This document shows positions 1 through 14,090 of a stretch of DNA of 64,000 nucleotides, one piece after another. The number at the start of each line of letters is the position of its first letter. Position 1 is the first letter of the stretch. Source of the stretch: Microthyrium microscopicum (taxonomy: Eukaryota); NCBI GenBank assembly GCA_010405405.1, contig MU004234.1, forward strand, positions 2,143,697 to 2,207,696, in the 5' to 3' direction. The notes below the pieces were generated by a model. The model had not been told where the DNA came from. It made no database searches and saw only the letters and a list, made by a program, of their open reading frames with translations. A program made the position numbers and the translations under genes.

Positions 1-1580
1 CTATATTACTAAAGTAATTTCTAAAGTTAAGAATAAAGTTAAAACTAGGTTAGCTACTCTATCTAAGTAATATCTTATACTTTAGTACTCTAAGTATAAA
101 AGATATTCTACTAATATTATTACCTACTAGAATAGTATATTAGAAGGATAATATAAAATAGCTCTTAATACTAAACTTTTCTAACTCTATAAACTATATA
201 AAGAGCTCTATCCTATTAATAATACTACTATAGGCTTTCTATATATAATACTTATTATTATAGCTAAACGCTCTTATAGTTTCTATTTTACTAGCTTTTA
301 AGATACTAGCTATAAAGGTAACTATTACTTCTTAGTATTTATATAAGAGTAGCTTACTATTTACTATAAGGGTTAAGACTTTAGTTATATACTAATAGAA
401 TATATATACTATAGAAAATTATAAATACTAGATAAAGTTCTTAAAGTAGGTAATTATATATTTAGTAATAAAGCTACTATTTTTAAACTATTAAGTAAGA
501 TATTAAGGAGAATTTTAAATACGTAACTACTCTTAATAGTAATAAAGATTAACTTAATACCTATTATGCTCTACCTTAATATTTATTATTACTTATACTA
601 TTACTTATATATTTATTAGTCTTAGTTATTTTTAAATAGATTACTCTTATTTTAAGCTTACTATCTAAAAACTAATTTCTTATTATTACTCTTATTATTA
701 TAAATAATTAATATACTACTAAAGAGTATTCTTAATTAAAGTAATTATATACTTACTCTATTTATTTAGCTTATATTATCCTATAATAGACCTATATTAT
801 TAAAATATAAAGTTAGAGTTTATAAAGTTAATAGTAATATTATTATTCTTTAAGATACTTAAGTAAAGCTTTATAACTAGCTTTAACTAGCTTTGCTACC
901 TATATTTTAACTAATCTATTTAAGATAGTAATTATAGTAATATTAAACTACTAAACTCTTTTATTAGTATAAGAGCTATATCTAGCATAGAAGTAATACT
1001 TTTAACTTAATATATATTACTATAAAGGAAAGCTACTACTACCTAGTTTCCTTAAAGAATACTATATCTAGAGGCTATTACTACTATATATAGCTATATT
1101 ACTTTTCTTTACTTACGCTTTTAAAGTACCTTAGAAGTCTAGAAATATCTAAAAAAGTACTTTAAGTATTTACTACTTAGTACCTTTTATTCTTTATAAG
1201 GTCTATTTTATATAAAGAAAGATTAGAGATATTATAGTAGTACTTAGTATACTACTTTATCTTTACTACTATAGAAGTTACCTTTATAGCTACTATTTTA
1301 GCTCTTTTATATCTTTACCTTAACTATTATAGAACTTACCTTTACTACTATTATTTCTTTCTTTATTATTATCTTAACTATTATAGAATTTACCTCTACT
1401 ATATATTTTGTATATTTTAAAGCTTCTAATATTTTAGTTAGCTTTATAAATAAAATAGTAAGGTTATATTAGAGTTTAGAAATAGTAAGAAAGAAGAAGA
1501 TAGAGATAAAAGATATAGCTAGGCTATTATTAGAGCTACTAAGTAGATATTAGAAAAAGTATAATTAATAATAATAATAA

Positions 1581-1838
1581 CTACTACCTTCTTTTTTATT
1601 AAATCTACTTCTATATTAACTACTATAAAATTTATCTCTATAGCTACTATCTTCTTCTTTATTAAACCTACTTCTATCTTAACTACTATAGAATTCGCCT
1701 TTATAGTTACTATCTCTTTTTTTATTAAACCTACCTTTATTTTAATTACTATAGAATTTGCCTCTATAGCTACTACTTCTTTTTTTATTAAATCTACCTT
1801 TATCTTAACTACTATAGAATTTACCTTTATAGCTACTA
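1581..1838. repeat. 63-bp tandem repeat, about 4 copies, with degenerate relatives at about 1262-1400
   Basis: Motif aa(c/t)tactata recurs at 1618, 1681, 1744 and 1807, giving a period of 63. Confidence 0.9.
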
Positions 1839-3300
1839 TAATTACTATAGTAAGATATAAAGGGCTTATTAAGTTAAAGAATATAGAAGTTAAAGTAGTA
1901 AAGAAATAAACCTTAAGTAAAGATTATTTTTAACTATATTAGAATAGTAAGTATCTAAAGATTTAGTAGTTACTAAAGTAATTACTAAGGCATAATAACC
2001 TTTTCTTCTTAGTTAAGATAGTACTTTTTCTAAATTTTTTTTTTAGCTTTAATTTAATTTAATCTCTTTTTTCTTTTTTTACTTTACTTTCTACTTAGCC
2101 TAAATATAAGAAAAGTGTCTATTAAAGTTATTTTAATAGCTTTTATATAACGTAATACTAAAGTATTATTATACCTAAAAAAGTATATTTCTTTATAGCT
2201 ACCTAAGACTTTAAACTTTATATATAAAGTAAAAAAAACCTTATTTTTTTATATTATAGACGCTCTTTATATAAAGAATAGGAAAGATTAATAGCTAAGC
2301 GTAGGTAGCTTATTTTTTTTCTTTATTTTACTTTCTATACTTACTTAGTTCTTTTAAATTAATTATATAAGATATATACCTACTTTATAGTCTCTTTCTT
2401 TATAATAGATATAATAAATAGAGTTCTAAGTAATTCTTACTTTCTTAAATTAGTAGTAGACTATATATATTTATATACTTATTTATTATAAGAGCGTAAA
2501 AAAGTTATAAAGCTTTATTCTATTTACTATTTAGTTAATATTATATTATTATATATAGTAAGACTACTTTCTATAAGCTTATATTTATTAAGATATAGAA
2601 GTAGCTATATAGTTTTATATAAGTAAGTACTATTTTTTACTTATATATACTTAATAAGTAGTTTTAGTTATATATAGTATATAGATAGTATATATATAAA
2701 TATTTAGTATAGCTATATAACTTTTATATTATTAAAGTTATAGATATTAAGTAATTTAATAATATATTTACTACTAATAGATAGAAAAAGGTATTTTAAG
2801 TATATCTTCCTAGATTAGAAGTTAACTAAGTAAGTTTATTATTCCTAGACTATAGTTAACTTAGTAGAGTAATTAAGGATATAAATTCTTAATACTAGGA
2901 AGTATTTACTAATAAGATAGTCTTTTCTAAATAAACTAAGTAAAGCATTTAACTAACTTTATATTATATTATAAAAGAAAAGTAAATAATTTATCTTAAA
3001 AGAATTCTTTATTAGGCTAGTAAATTATAGTAGAGTTATAAAGAGCTAAGAGATTACCTTTAGCTACTACTCTCTATAATAAATATTTTAGTAGCTATTT
3101 AGTTTATATTAATTAAGATAGTATTTAACGCTAGCTATAATAATTAGCTAACCTTTCTTTAACCTCTTAATATATTCTTTAACTACTTTTGCTAATTTAA
3201 CGCAAATATAGCTATAATTAGACTATAAAAAGTCTTTCTATTTATTAGAGCTAATCTATAATAGCTTTATCTTAATAGTAGCTTATTAGCTCTCTAAGGA

Positions 3301-4020
3301 TACTATACTAGTATTTAACTTATAACTTTCTATATATTAGTTAATATTAATATTAGTAAGGTAGCTTTCTATCCTAATAAGCTACTACCTAAGCTTATAA
3401 TATCCTATTAGGGTAATTATAATACTACTAATATATATAGATTAGCTTAGTTCTTATTTTATATTCGCATAAAACTAACCTATCTAAAAGAGTAAAAGAA
3501 TAAAGCTAGCTAGGTAGTCGTATAAGTAAAGAATATATATAGCTTAGCTAATATTAATAATAGCTACTCCTCTAATAAGAAGTTACTACCTAATCCTAAT
3601 TCTATACTTAGGGAACTAATGTAAAGTTTTTATATTTAGTATAAACTATAACTACCTACTATCTATACTAGTACTTAACTTATAACTTCCTATATATTAG
3701 TTAATATTAATATTAGTAAGGTAGCTTTCTACTCTAGTAGGCTACTACCTAAGTTTATAATGTCCTATTAGGATAATTATAATACTACTAATATGTATAA
3801 ATTAGCTTAGTTCTCGTTTTATATTTATATAAAACTAACCTATCTAAAAAAGTAAAAGAATAAAGCTAGCTAGGTAGTTATATAAGTAAAAGGTATATAT
3901 AGCTTAGCTAACGTTAATAATAGCTACTTCTTTAATAAGAAGTTACTACTTAACCCTAATCTTATACTTAAGAAACTAATATAAAGTTTCTATATTTAGT
4001 ATAAGCTATAACTACTTACT
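3301..4020. repeat. 360-bp tandem duplication
   Basis: 3301-3660 aligns with 3661-4020 without gaps. Differences are almost all C/T or G/A transitions. Confidence 0.92.
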
Positions 4021-4404
4021 ATTTATAGATTATTATCCTTATTTAGTAATCTATTAATAACTAGTTATCCTAGCTTTGCTATATCTATAATAAGAGCCTA
4101 GATATTTTAGTAGAAGCTTATTTTCTTACTCTTAAGAGTATACTTAATAGCTATAATTTCTTTATATACTTATAAAAGCTAGCTAGGCTAAGGATATTAG
4201 GAAGCTATCTAATTACTAAGTTGTTCTTTGCTATTACTTACCTAAGCTTCTAAAGTACTAATTACTATACCTACTATAGAAATATTTAAAAGCTATAATC
4301 TTACTATTAAAGCTTTAGATAATAATACTAAAAATAAGTCTAGTACCTAAATAATCTTAATTATATTAAAGTTAAAGTAAATATAATTATTATTACTATA
4401 AATA

Positions 4405-7400
4405 ACTACTCTAAGTATCTAATCTACCTACTTATAAATAGAGTTAAGATAGTCCTTAGCTACTTCTTTAATAAGTTAGGAGTATAGATATATTTATTAA
4501 TATAATTGCTTAGTTTTATACTTTAACTTTATAAAAGCGTATACTAAATACTTAAAAGGAAAGTAAAGTTAATAAGAGATAGACTTAGTAGTAAAGAGTA
4601 TAGAATATATAGATTCTTTAACTACTCTAGTTAATAAACTAACCTTTATAGTTCTTAACTTAGAAGGTATAACCTATAGGTATATAAGATTTATTAGTAA
4701 TTAGCTAATATATATTCTAGAAGTATTACTTATTAATAAATGCTTTAAAGTTTTAAAATTCTCTAATTACTTTATTACTAAAACTAGTACTTAGCTTATA
4801 AGAATCCTTTATAGTACTATAATTAAACTATTTTTAGTATATTAGTAAGTTAATAATTCTAATATTATTAGATATTTTGCTTTTCTTTATAGAAGCTTTT
4901 CTATTACCTAATTTATTTATTAGCCTTAGACTAGGAAAATACTTATTACTATAATATAGACTTTCTTACCTTAATAATTAGTATACTTTTATTAACTTAA
5001 AGATAGCTACTTTTCTTAATAATATTTATTAGATTACTAAGTCTTTACTAATATAAGAATTATAAAGATACTAAATCCTTAACCCTAGCTTTATATAGCG
5101 TTCTTTAACTATATCTATTATAAAAGAACCCCTTTCTTTATTTTAGAAGAAGAGCTTATATAAGATGCTACTAAAATATTTAAGGAAATATTTAAAAAAA
5201 TCTAGTCTATTTACTATTACTCTTATTATTATAGTTAACTAATATACTACTAAAGGTGCTATTATCTTACTTATTCTTAATATTATTACTACTTTATCTA
5301 GGTACTAAATATATCTAAATATAATAAAGGTTGCTAGTAAGCAACATTTCTATATATAGTAATAATCCTTAGATAACTATTATTACTCTAAGTATTTAAT
5401 CTACTTACCTATAGATAGAGCTTAAGGTAGTCCTTAGCTACTTCTTTAACTAGTTAGGAGTATAGACGTATTTATTAATATAATTACTTAATTTAACTAT
5501 AAAGGCAATATACTACTTACTTAGTAGGGCATAAGATATAAGAATAGTACTATCTTAACTAGAAAGGAAAGGTTATTACTCCTTAGTAACTACTTTAGTA
5601 ACTACTAAGTCTTTAAATATAACTCTAGCTTTATATAGTGTTTTTTAACTATATCTATTATAAGAGAACTCTTTTTATTATCTTAGAAAAAGAGCTTATA
5701 TAGGATACTACTAAAATAACTAAAGAAATATTTACCTACTTAATACCTNNNNNNNNNNNNNNNNNNNNNNNNNNNNNNNNNNNNNNNNNNNNNNNNNNNN
5801 NNNNNNNNNNNNNNNNNNNNNNNNNNNNNNNNNNNNNNNNNNNNNNNNNNNNNNNNNNNNNNNNNNNNNNNNNNNNNNNNNNNNNNNNNNNNNNNNNNNN
5901 NNNNNNNNNNNNNNNNNNNNNNNNNNNNNNNNNNNNNNNNNNNNNNNNNNNNNTCTATAGATAGAGCTTAAGGTAGTTCTTTCTCTACTATATTACTTAA
6001 GTATCTTTACCTAGTTTAATAGCTTATTAAAGGTATTTATAGAGGCTTATAGTATATTAAATATTTCTTCTTATTATTAAGTAAGATTATGCTAGAAATA
6101 TATTCTACTTAGTAAATTCTTTAGACTTTAAATCTAATATATATATAAACTACTAGAGTTAGGAACGCTACTAGAAGCCCCTTAAGTCTAGCTTAATGGA
6201 TTATATAATAGTACTAAATATAGAAATTTTTAAAGAAAACTTTCTTATTCTTATAAAAAAGATAATTTAAGAAAGAAAGAAGTTAATAGTACTCTTTAAG
6301 TAGCATAGAATAGGAAAGACTTCTTTAGTATACTATAACTAGTCTTTAATATTAATCTTTATTAGATTAAGAATAGTAGATAAATTTCTAACTCTACTAG
6401 TTATATAAAGAGGTAAGTAGCACTATATAATTAAAATAATAACTAGGCTACTTCTAGCTTAATTTATATACTACTTACTATTACTCTTATTATTATAATT
6501 AACTAATATACTACTAAAGGTGCTATTATCTTACTTGCTCTTAATATTATTACTACTTTATTTAGGTACTAGATATATCTAAATATAATAGAGGTTACTA
6601 GTAAATAATATTCCTATATATAGTAATAACTTTTAAACAATATATAGTATTAAGAGTTATAAGGCTTTATATAGAATTTTTAGAGTATACTATAGGCGTA
6701 ATTAGATGTGCTAAATAGATTTACTATTATAAACGCTAGTTATTACTCTAAGTATTTAATTTACCTATTTATAGATAGAGCTTAAGGTAGTTTTTTCTTT
6801 ATTATATCGCTTAAGTATCCTTACCTAGTTTAATAGCTATATAATAGTACTAGATATAGAAATTTTTAAAGGAAACTCTTTTATTCTTATAAGAAAGACA
6901 ATTTAAGAAAGAAAGAAGTTAATAGTATCCTTTAAGTAGCATAAAGTAAAAAAGATTTCTTTAGTATACTATAACTAGTCTTTAATATTAATCTCTATTA
7001 AACTAGGAATAGTAGATAAATCTCTAACTCTACTAATTATATAAAGAGGTAAGTAATACTATATAATTAAAATAATAACTAGGCTACTTATAGCTTAGTA
7101 AGAGTAATATCTTACCTTTAGTATAGTAAGTATATAGGACCTTATTATAAAGGATTATATAGTATATAGGATAAGTAGTGCCTTAAAGCGTAGAGTAGAG
7201 TTAGAGATAGAAGTCCTAAGTATAGGCATTAGTAATACTATAATTAATAATAGTACTAGGGTAATAGTTACTATTATAGTCTATATTCTAAAGACTAGTA
7301 GGATAAAAGTAAGTATAGTAGTGCTTTATAATAATAAGGAGTATTATATATAGACTTAGCTTAATTTATATATTACTTACTATTACTCTTATTATTATAG

Positions 7401-8206
7401 TTAACTAATATACTACTAAAAGTACTATTACCTTACTTTACCTTGCCTATTCTTAATATTATTACTACTTTATCTAGGTACTAAATATGTCTAGATATAA
7501 TAGAGGTTACTAGTAAGTAATGTTCCTATATATAGTAATAACCCCTAGATAATTATTATTACTCTAAGTATTTAATCTACCTACCTATAGATAGAGCTTA
7601 AGGTAGTCCTTAGCTACTTCTTTAACTAGTTAAGAGTATAGACGTATTTATTAATATAATTACTTAATTTAACTATAAAGGTAATATATAGCTTACTTAG
7701 TAAGGTATAAGATATAGGAATAGCGCTATTTTAATTAAAAAGAAAAAGTTATTACTTCTTAGTAACTACTTATAGTAGTAACTATTAAGTTCTTAAATAT
7801 CTTTTTAGTTAGCTATAATAAATATAAAAGATATATCTTTCTACTAGGTTTAAGAGATAAAAGCCTAGTTATATATCTTACTTATAACTTACTAAGACTA
7901 GAATAATAATATTAAAAGCTAATTAGAACATTTAAGAAGGATAGACTATAAAAGTAATATATAGCTTACTTAGGACGTAAAATATAGAAATAGTAATATC
8001 TTAATTAGTTAGAAAAGGCTATTATATCTTAGTAGCTAGTTATATAGTAATCTTTAATCTCTTTCTCTAAAAATTATATCTTCTACCTAAAGATTATAAC
8101 TACTTTATTTAAGTACTAGATATATCTAGATACTAATATCTAGATATATCTAGATATATTTAGATATATCTAGATATATAGAAAGTTACTAGTAAATATT
8201 ATTTAT
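4405..8206. repeat. Mosaic of shuffled repeated modules around two assembly gaps
   Basis: Module A (tactctaagtat...gatagag) at about 4408, 5384, 6743, 7560. Module B at about 5210, 6473, 7374. Module C at about 6205 and 6841. Module D at about 5080 and 5620. Confidence 0.85.
5749..5953. other. Assembly gap (205 N)
   Basis: Run of N. Confidence 1.
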
Positions 8207-8291
8207 NNNNNNNNNNNNNNNNNNNNNNNNNNNNNNNNNNNNNNNNNNNNNNNNNNNNNNNNNNNNNNNNNNNNNNNNNNNNNNNNNNNNN
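8207..8291. other. Assembly gap (85 N)
   Basis: Run of N, flanked on the left by (tagatatatc)n and on the right by a 110-bp array. Confidence 1.
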
Positions 8292-8630
8292 TTTAAATAA
8301 CTATAATGTACCTAATAAGTTTAAAATATTTTAAATAGTTTTATAATATTTCTAATAAAGTATATATTATTTTATGCGTATCTAATGTCCTTATAATAAG
8401 TTTTAAATAACTATAATATACTTAATAAGTTTAAAATATTTTAAATAGTTTTATAATATTTTTAATAAAGTATATATTATCTTATACGTATCTAATGTTT
8501 TTATAATAAGTTTAAAATAACTATGATGTACTTAATAAGTTTAAAATATTTTAAATACTTTTAAAATATTTCTAATAAAGTATATAGTTATCTTATACGT
8601 ATCTAATATCTTTATAATAAGTTAAATATA
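8292..8630. repeat. 110-bp tandem repeat, at least 3 copies, probably collapsed at the gap
   Basis: Unit ctat(a/g)at(g/a)tac... starts at 8301, 8411 and 8521. Confidence 0.9.
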
Positions 8631-10734
8631 ACTTTTCTAATATAATACGTAGTCTAATTTACAATGTATAATAATTTTTTTATAATGTATTTACTTAGAT
8701 TAAGAAGGTAAAACTATAATGCTTATTAATGCTTATTATAAATTTATAAAGGCTCTAAAGCCTAGAATTTCTTTCTTAGATTATTATCTATATAGAACTA
8801 GTATTATAAATTAGAGAATTAAGCGCTAGTAAAGAAGCCTTAGTAGATTAGTATTAACTAAATAGTAAGTAAGTTATATAACTACGTATACTTAAGAGTT
8901 AGTACTAATATAATAACCTACTAGATATTCTTTAATAGGCTAATTAATAAGAGTTCTTATTTAAAAGATAAACTTAAAGACTAAATTATAATACTAGCTA
9001 TTTACCTTCTTATTCTATAGCGCGTAGTAAAGGAATTTATTAATAACTAGAATAACTATAAGATTATTAATAATAAGAAAAAGTAATTATACGTAGTAAA
9101 TAGTAAATCTTAGTATTTATATACTCTTTCCTAAAGAGCGTAAAATATAGGCTTAGTTACTAATTTAGTAATACTTTAGGCTAAGAAAGTAATAGTAAGA
9201 AACTAGAATAAGGATACTTTTTTACTACTTAATATACTTTAATAGTATAATAAAAAGCTAAATATAATAAAATTTAATCCTAATAGTAACCTCTTTAAAA
9301 TAAAAAAGGATTAGTATAACCTAATAAATCTATATCTTAGTTACTATCTTTACTTATAAAGAGTAATTAGTTACTATATAGTATTAAGTAATACTCTAAT
9401 TCTAGCTACTTTTAAAAATCCTTAAGGTAATAAAGCTTAAATTAGAGATTACCTAAACTATCCTATAGTTTAAGAGATATAGAGGGCTATAAATAAGGAT
9501 AATAAAGATAGTAACATTATAGAGTTTTAGGCTACTATAGAACGTATAAGACTTAGCTATCTTAATAATAATTAATTAAGGAATAATTCTAATATTAATT
9601 TAGCTAAAGAAGAGAAAATTTAAGCTAGTAATATAAAGAATAAGAGTAATATAGAAAAGAAGCTTTAGTTTATATTTAGGAATTTTAATTAATAATAATA
9701 ATTTATAATAATTTTATATACTTTAATTACTTTTTAAAACCTTACTATACTAATAAAGCTTAATACTATAAAATATATTATTAGATAAATAGTACATTTC
9801 CTTTATATTAAGTAGTTAAAGATTTCTAAGTCTTTTAAGTCTCTTAAATCTCTTAAATCTCTTAAGTCTCTTAAAAAGGATAATATAAACATTACTTAAA
9901 TTTTTAGTTTCTTTCTTTATTCTTAATAGTATTAACAATAAAGTAAGGGCCTATAGTAGTATTAGGCTTAGTACTCTTAGGTACTTATTCTATTATTATA
10001 AATAGCGTATAAATTAATTATAATTAGGTAACTAAAATATAATATTTAAAGTACTAAGCGCTTATAAGTATATTTCTTAAAAGAGTTATTCTTATATCTT
10101 TAGTTATATTTACTAATCTATAAGAGCCTAGGTAAAGATAAATAAAAAATAACCTAAGGTCTTATATATTATTACTACTAGTACTATATATAATTAAAAA
10201 CCTAGATAATATAATTAAGGTTTCTAACTCTAAAACGCTACTATAACTATAGTAATATATTAAATAAGAGCTTCTCCTTATTAAGACAAAGAAATATAAT
10301 AATATCCTATTATAAAATCTAAGTAATAGAAAAACTCTAAATAATTTCGTTAAAGCGTAATATAGTTAAAGAAGCTACTAAAATTACGTAGAATATAGAT
10401 TAATAAACGCTATAGTAAAGTTAGATCCTATTATATAGAAGATTTAATAAGGTATATTAGTAATTTCTAAAAAAAAAGGTATAAGATTCTATTAAGATAT
10501 AAGTATAAAAACTTACCTTAGTTTAGTTCTTAAAATAACCTTAGTATAAATAGAATAAAAAGTAAAGATTTATTCTTATATTATTAACTATAAGACGTAA
10601 AGTAACTATATATAATTTAACTTTATTAAAGAATATTATAAGTAGCTTAGTTATTTCTTAGGGTAGCTTATATCAACGTATATAATAGCTTTAATAAATA
10701 TAAATCTTTTTTAAAGTAATATTAAAAGTATTTA

Positions 10735-11797
10735 AGACTTTATTTATAAATACCTAGCTCCTTATTTAAATAATATAGTACTTACTAACTATAATAAAGT
10801 CTTTACTTATAGTAGAAATATCTAAAATGTTAAACTTATTAATAAAATTAAACTAGGCAAAGGACCTATAAGTTGCGTATTCTTAAAGAATAAGAAGAAT
10901 AAGACTTTAAGCCTCTCTTTAAAATAAAGAAAGCCTTTTAAGATTAGCCTTATTAGTAAAATATATAACGTTATTAAGCTAGCTAATATTACTATAAGTA
11001 AGTTTATTAAAAGAGCTACCTTTAATATTAATAAGAAGAGTTACCTATAAATTTAACTAATTATATATAAGTATTAGAAGATTATTCTAGACTCTAATTT
11101 TAATACGCTTACTTTATTAATACCTATCTTAAAGACTTTAAAAGTACCTACTCTAAAAACCTTAAAGATACGCTAGTAGCTACCCTTAGAATAAACTTCT
11201 TTAAGACTTAGATTAAGTAAAGCTATTAAAGCTAATTTAAGTACTTAAGTAAAGCTTAAGAAAGTTAAGCTTAATATAGACGTCCTTAAGAAGATAAAAG
11301 CTACTATACTAGAAGCTAAGTAAATTATAAAGGACCTATAAATAATAAAAGATCTAGTAGAGGACAAAAATAGATAAGGCTCTAAGTTTACTATAGATAA
11401 TAAGGATAATAGCCTTAGTAATAAGAAAAAAGCTATAACTAGTAGTAAAGATAATAATTTTAATACCTTATTACTATTACTAAAAATATTATTCTAGTAA
11501 CTAAGAGAGAATAAAGCTACTAAATAAGAGAAAGAAGCTATTACTACTAAATAAGAGAAGAAAGCTACTAAATAAGATATATAGAAGTAGACTATATTCT
11601 AAATTAAGCTATTAAAGAATAGCGTATCTACTTATACTTCTTAATCTTATAAGGTAGTACTTACTTTAATAAAAGAATAAGTAGCTATAGCTATTAAAAT
11701 AGATACTCTTAAGATAATTAAGATTAACGTAGTAATAAAGAAGTATAAAAGGCGTAAAGGAAAGGATATAAGATATAAATATAAAAATAAGAAGTAA
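10735..11797 (+). pseudogene. RIP-fossilised reading frame of unknown family with a charged low-complexity C-terminal half (boundaries approximate)
   Basis: One frame reads as protein-like sequence (e.g. KIKATILEAK*IIKDL*IIKDLVEDK...IDNKDNSLSNKKKA) interrupted by TAA/TAG stops typical of RIP. No family motif recognised. Confidence 0.4.
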
Positions 11798-13737
11798 AGT
11801 AGCACTGCTTAGTTATATTAAAAAGCTATTTAGATATCTCTACTTATTTAATACTCGTTATAGTTTTATTATACTTATTCTACTCTTTTCCTTATTAATT
11901 CCTAAATAATTAAAGTAGTATTAACTTACTAATAATTACTTAGTAAATATTTTCTTTAAAAACTTAATAAGAGTTCTATATATAATAAATATAACGCTAT
12001 TTTAATTTAGTAGAGAGGCTAATAAAACCTATAACTACTACTAGCCTATTATTTCTAACTTTATTACTAAAGTTACTAACCTAAAAAGGATATATTAAAC
12101 GCCTAGCTAAAAAATAAGGAATAGGTATAGAGAACTTACTACTAAGGTTCTTTCTTAGTAGTAATACTACGACTAGGATTAAGCTATATTTAGTAAGTAG
12201 ATCCTATATTAGGCCTACTAAACTATAAGCTACTTATAACTTAACTAAACTTTAATAAACTCTAGTTTCTTAAAATTATTCCTTAAAGTTAACTAAGTAA
12301 TCTTTTATTAAGCCTTAAGTATTACGCCCTTTATATATAGACTTTAAACTTAAATAAGACTAAATCTTAGAAAGGGCTAACGCCCTTTTTAAAATAGAAT
12401 TAATTAATCTAATAATATATTCTTATATAGATACTATATATATATTATAAAAGAATAAGTAACTAGCTTATTAAACTATTATACTCCTTTTTTATTTTAC
12501 TAAACTAATACTTTTATAATACTTAAGTAGTTTATTAATTTATAAATTAAACCTAAATAAATATTAATAAGTATAATAATTAATACAATTTATTAAGCAA
12601 AAGTTATAAAACGTAGTATAGAAAACTACTATATAAAGATAAAATAGTTAAAAAATAAGCTTAAAGAATTTATATAATATTACTATAAATACTACTAGAA
12701 CTAGAATTATTAACTAAAAATTAAATTAATTAAAAGCAGTATTAAACTATAAATCTAGAGGCTAAGGAACTTATTAGTTAAGTATTAATATATTCCTATA
12801 AAAAATTAGTTATATTTCTATTTAATACTATTAACTACTTATTAGAATATATAATAATAGTTATTAAGCTTTAACTCTAATTCTAATAGACTTTCTTAGG
12901 CTACTAGTCTATAGAGGAGTTATAGTCTTATTTAAGATAAATATAATATTAGTTAGTAAGAAATAACTTAAGGAGGATTAATAAAGTTAATTATTAGGTT
13001 ATTAAGTACTTAAAAGTAAGGATAGTAAGCTTTTTAATATTTAGACTATATCCTTTTAAGACTCTTTAATTAGGAGTAACTCTATTTTTTTCTTTATATA
13101 TAATATAGTTATCTATATCTTTATTATTAAATTTATAATAGCGCTCTAACTACTTCTTACTATTATACTTATAAAAAAGGTAGCCTTTATTAAAGTTAAC
13201 TTTCTAAACTAATTACTTATTTTCTCCTTATTCTATCTTTACTCTATTTATTTCTTTTAAAGCTCTTAAAGATATATTAATTTTTTTAGCATTATTTAAA
13301 ATATAAATAGGCTAATAATACTCTCTCTATTTAGTACTATCTATCTAAATAAAGCTTACTTTAGCCTTACTTATGCTTTTAAGAATTCTTCTTACTTACC
13401 TATATAATTTCTATAGTCTACCTTAAAAGCGTATTAATAATATTAATATATCCTTATCTTCTAAAAAATTTAAGTTACTAAACTTAACTAATAAACCTAT
13501 TATATTACTATTATAATCTATATATATCTTTATCTCTTCTACTTTTAAATATACTCTAAAAATATCTAACTTCTCTTTACTATCTATATAGTACTAAAGG
13601 TTCTTATAGAAAGGCGCTAAGTAAGATTCTTTAATTTAATATTATATTATATTAATTTAAATCTAGTTATTAGTATTAAAGACTTAATTAAATCTATAAT
13701 CCTTAAAGTAAATATTATTAAGATAATATATAGAATA

Positions 13738-13810
13738 AAATAAAGCTTATAAATTCTTAGCTACTTTTTAGTAAACTAAGAAAGTAGCTAAGAACGTATA
13801 AGCTTTATTT
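13738..13810. repeat. Inverted repeat / hairpin 1 (arms of about 35 bp)
   Basis: aaataaagcttataaattcttagctactttttagt-aa-actaagaaagtagctaagaacgtataagctttattt: 2 mismatches and 1 indel. Confidence 0.85.
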
Positions 13811-14034
13811 ATTTTAAAGACTTTTTAGCTAAATACTTCTATATTAGAATGTCTTATAAAATAGTAACTTTAACTATAAAGTAAGATCTAAAGAAAGTTA
13901 TACTTATATTAACTTATAATTTTAATCTATTCTTTATTCTAGATAATATATTACTAAAAGGTATATTATACTAAAAGAGGATTAAATTTAACTTATATAT
14001 ACTACCTTTAGTATTTTTAAGTCTTTATCTTTTA

Positions 14035-14090
14035 ATATTAGACTCTAACTACCTTCTAAGTAAACTAAGAAAATAATTAGAGTCTAATAT
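14035..14090. repeat. Inverted repeat / hairpin 2 (27-bp arms), sharing its core with hairpin 1
   Basis: atattagactctaactaccttctaagt-aa-actaagaaaataattagagtctaatat. Three of the four arm mismatches are C/T type. Confidence 0.8.

Noticed and set aside
1581..8630. Regular repeats as a CRISPR array
   Set aside because: Eukaryotic context, tandem units without unique spacers, and no cas genes.
13738..14090. Hairpins as a CRESS-DNA virus origin
   Set aside because: The loop TAGTAAACT does not match the NANTATTAC nonanucleotide and no Rep motifs were seen.
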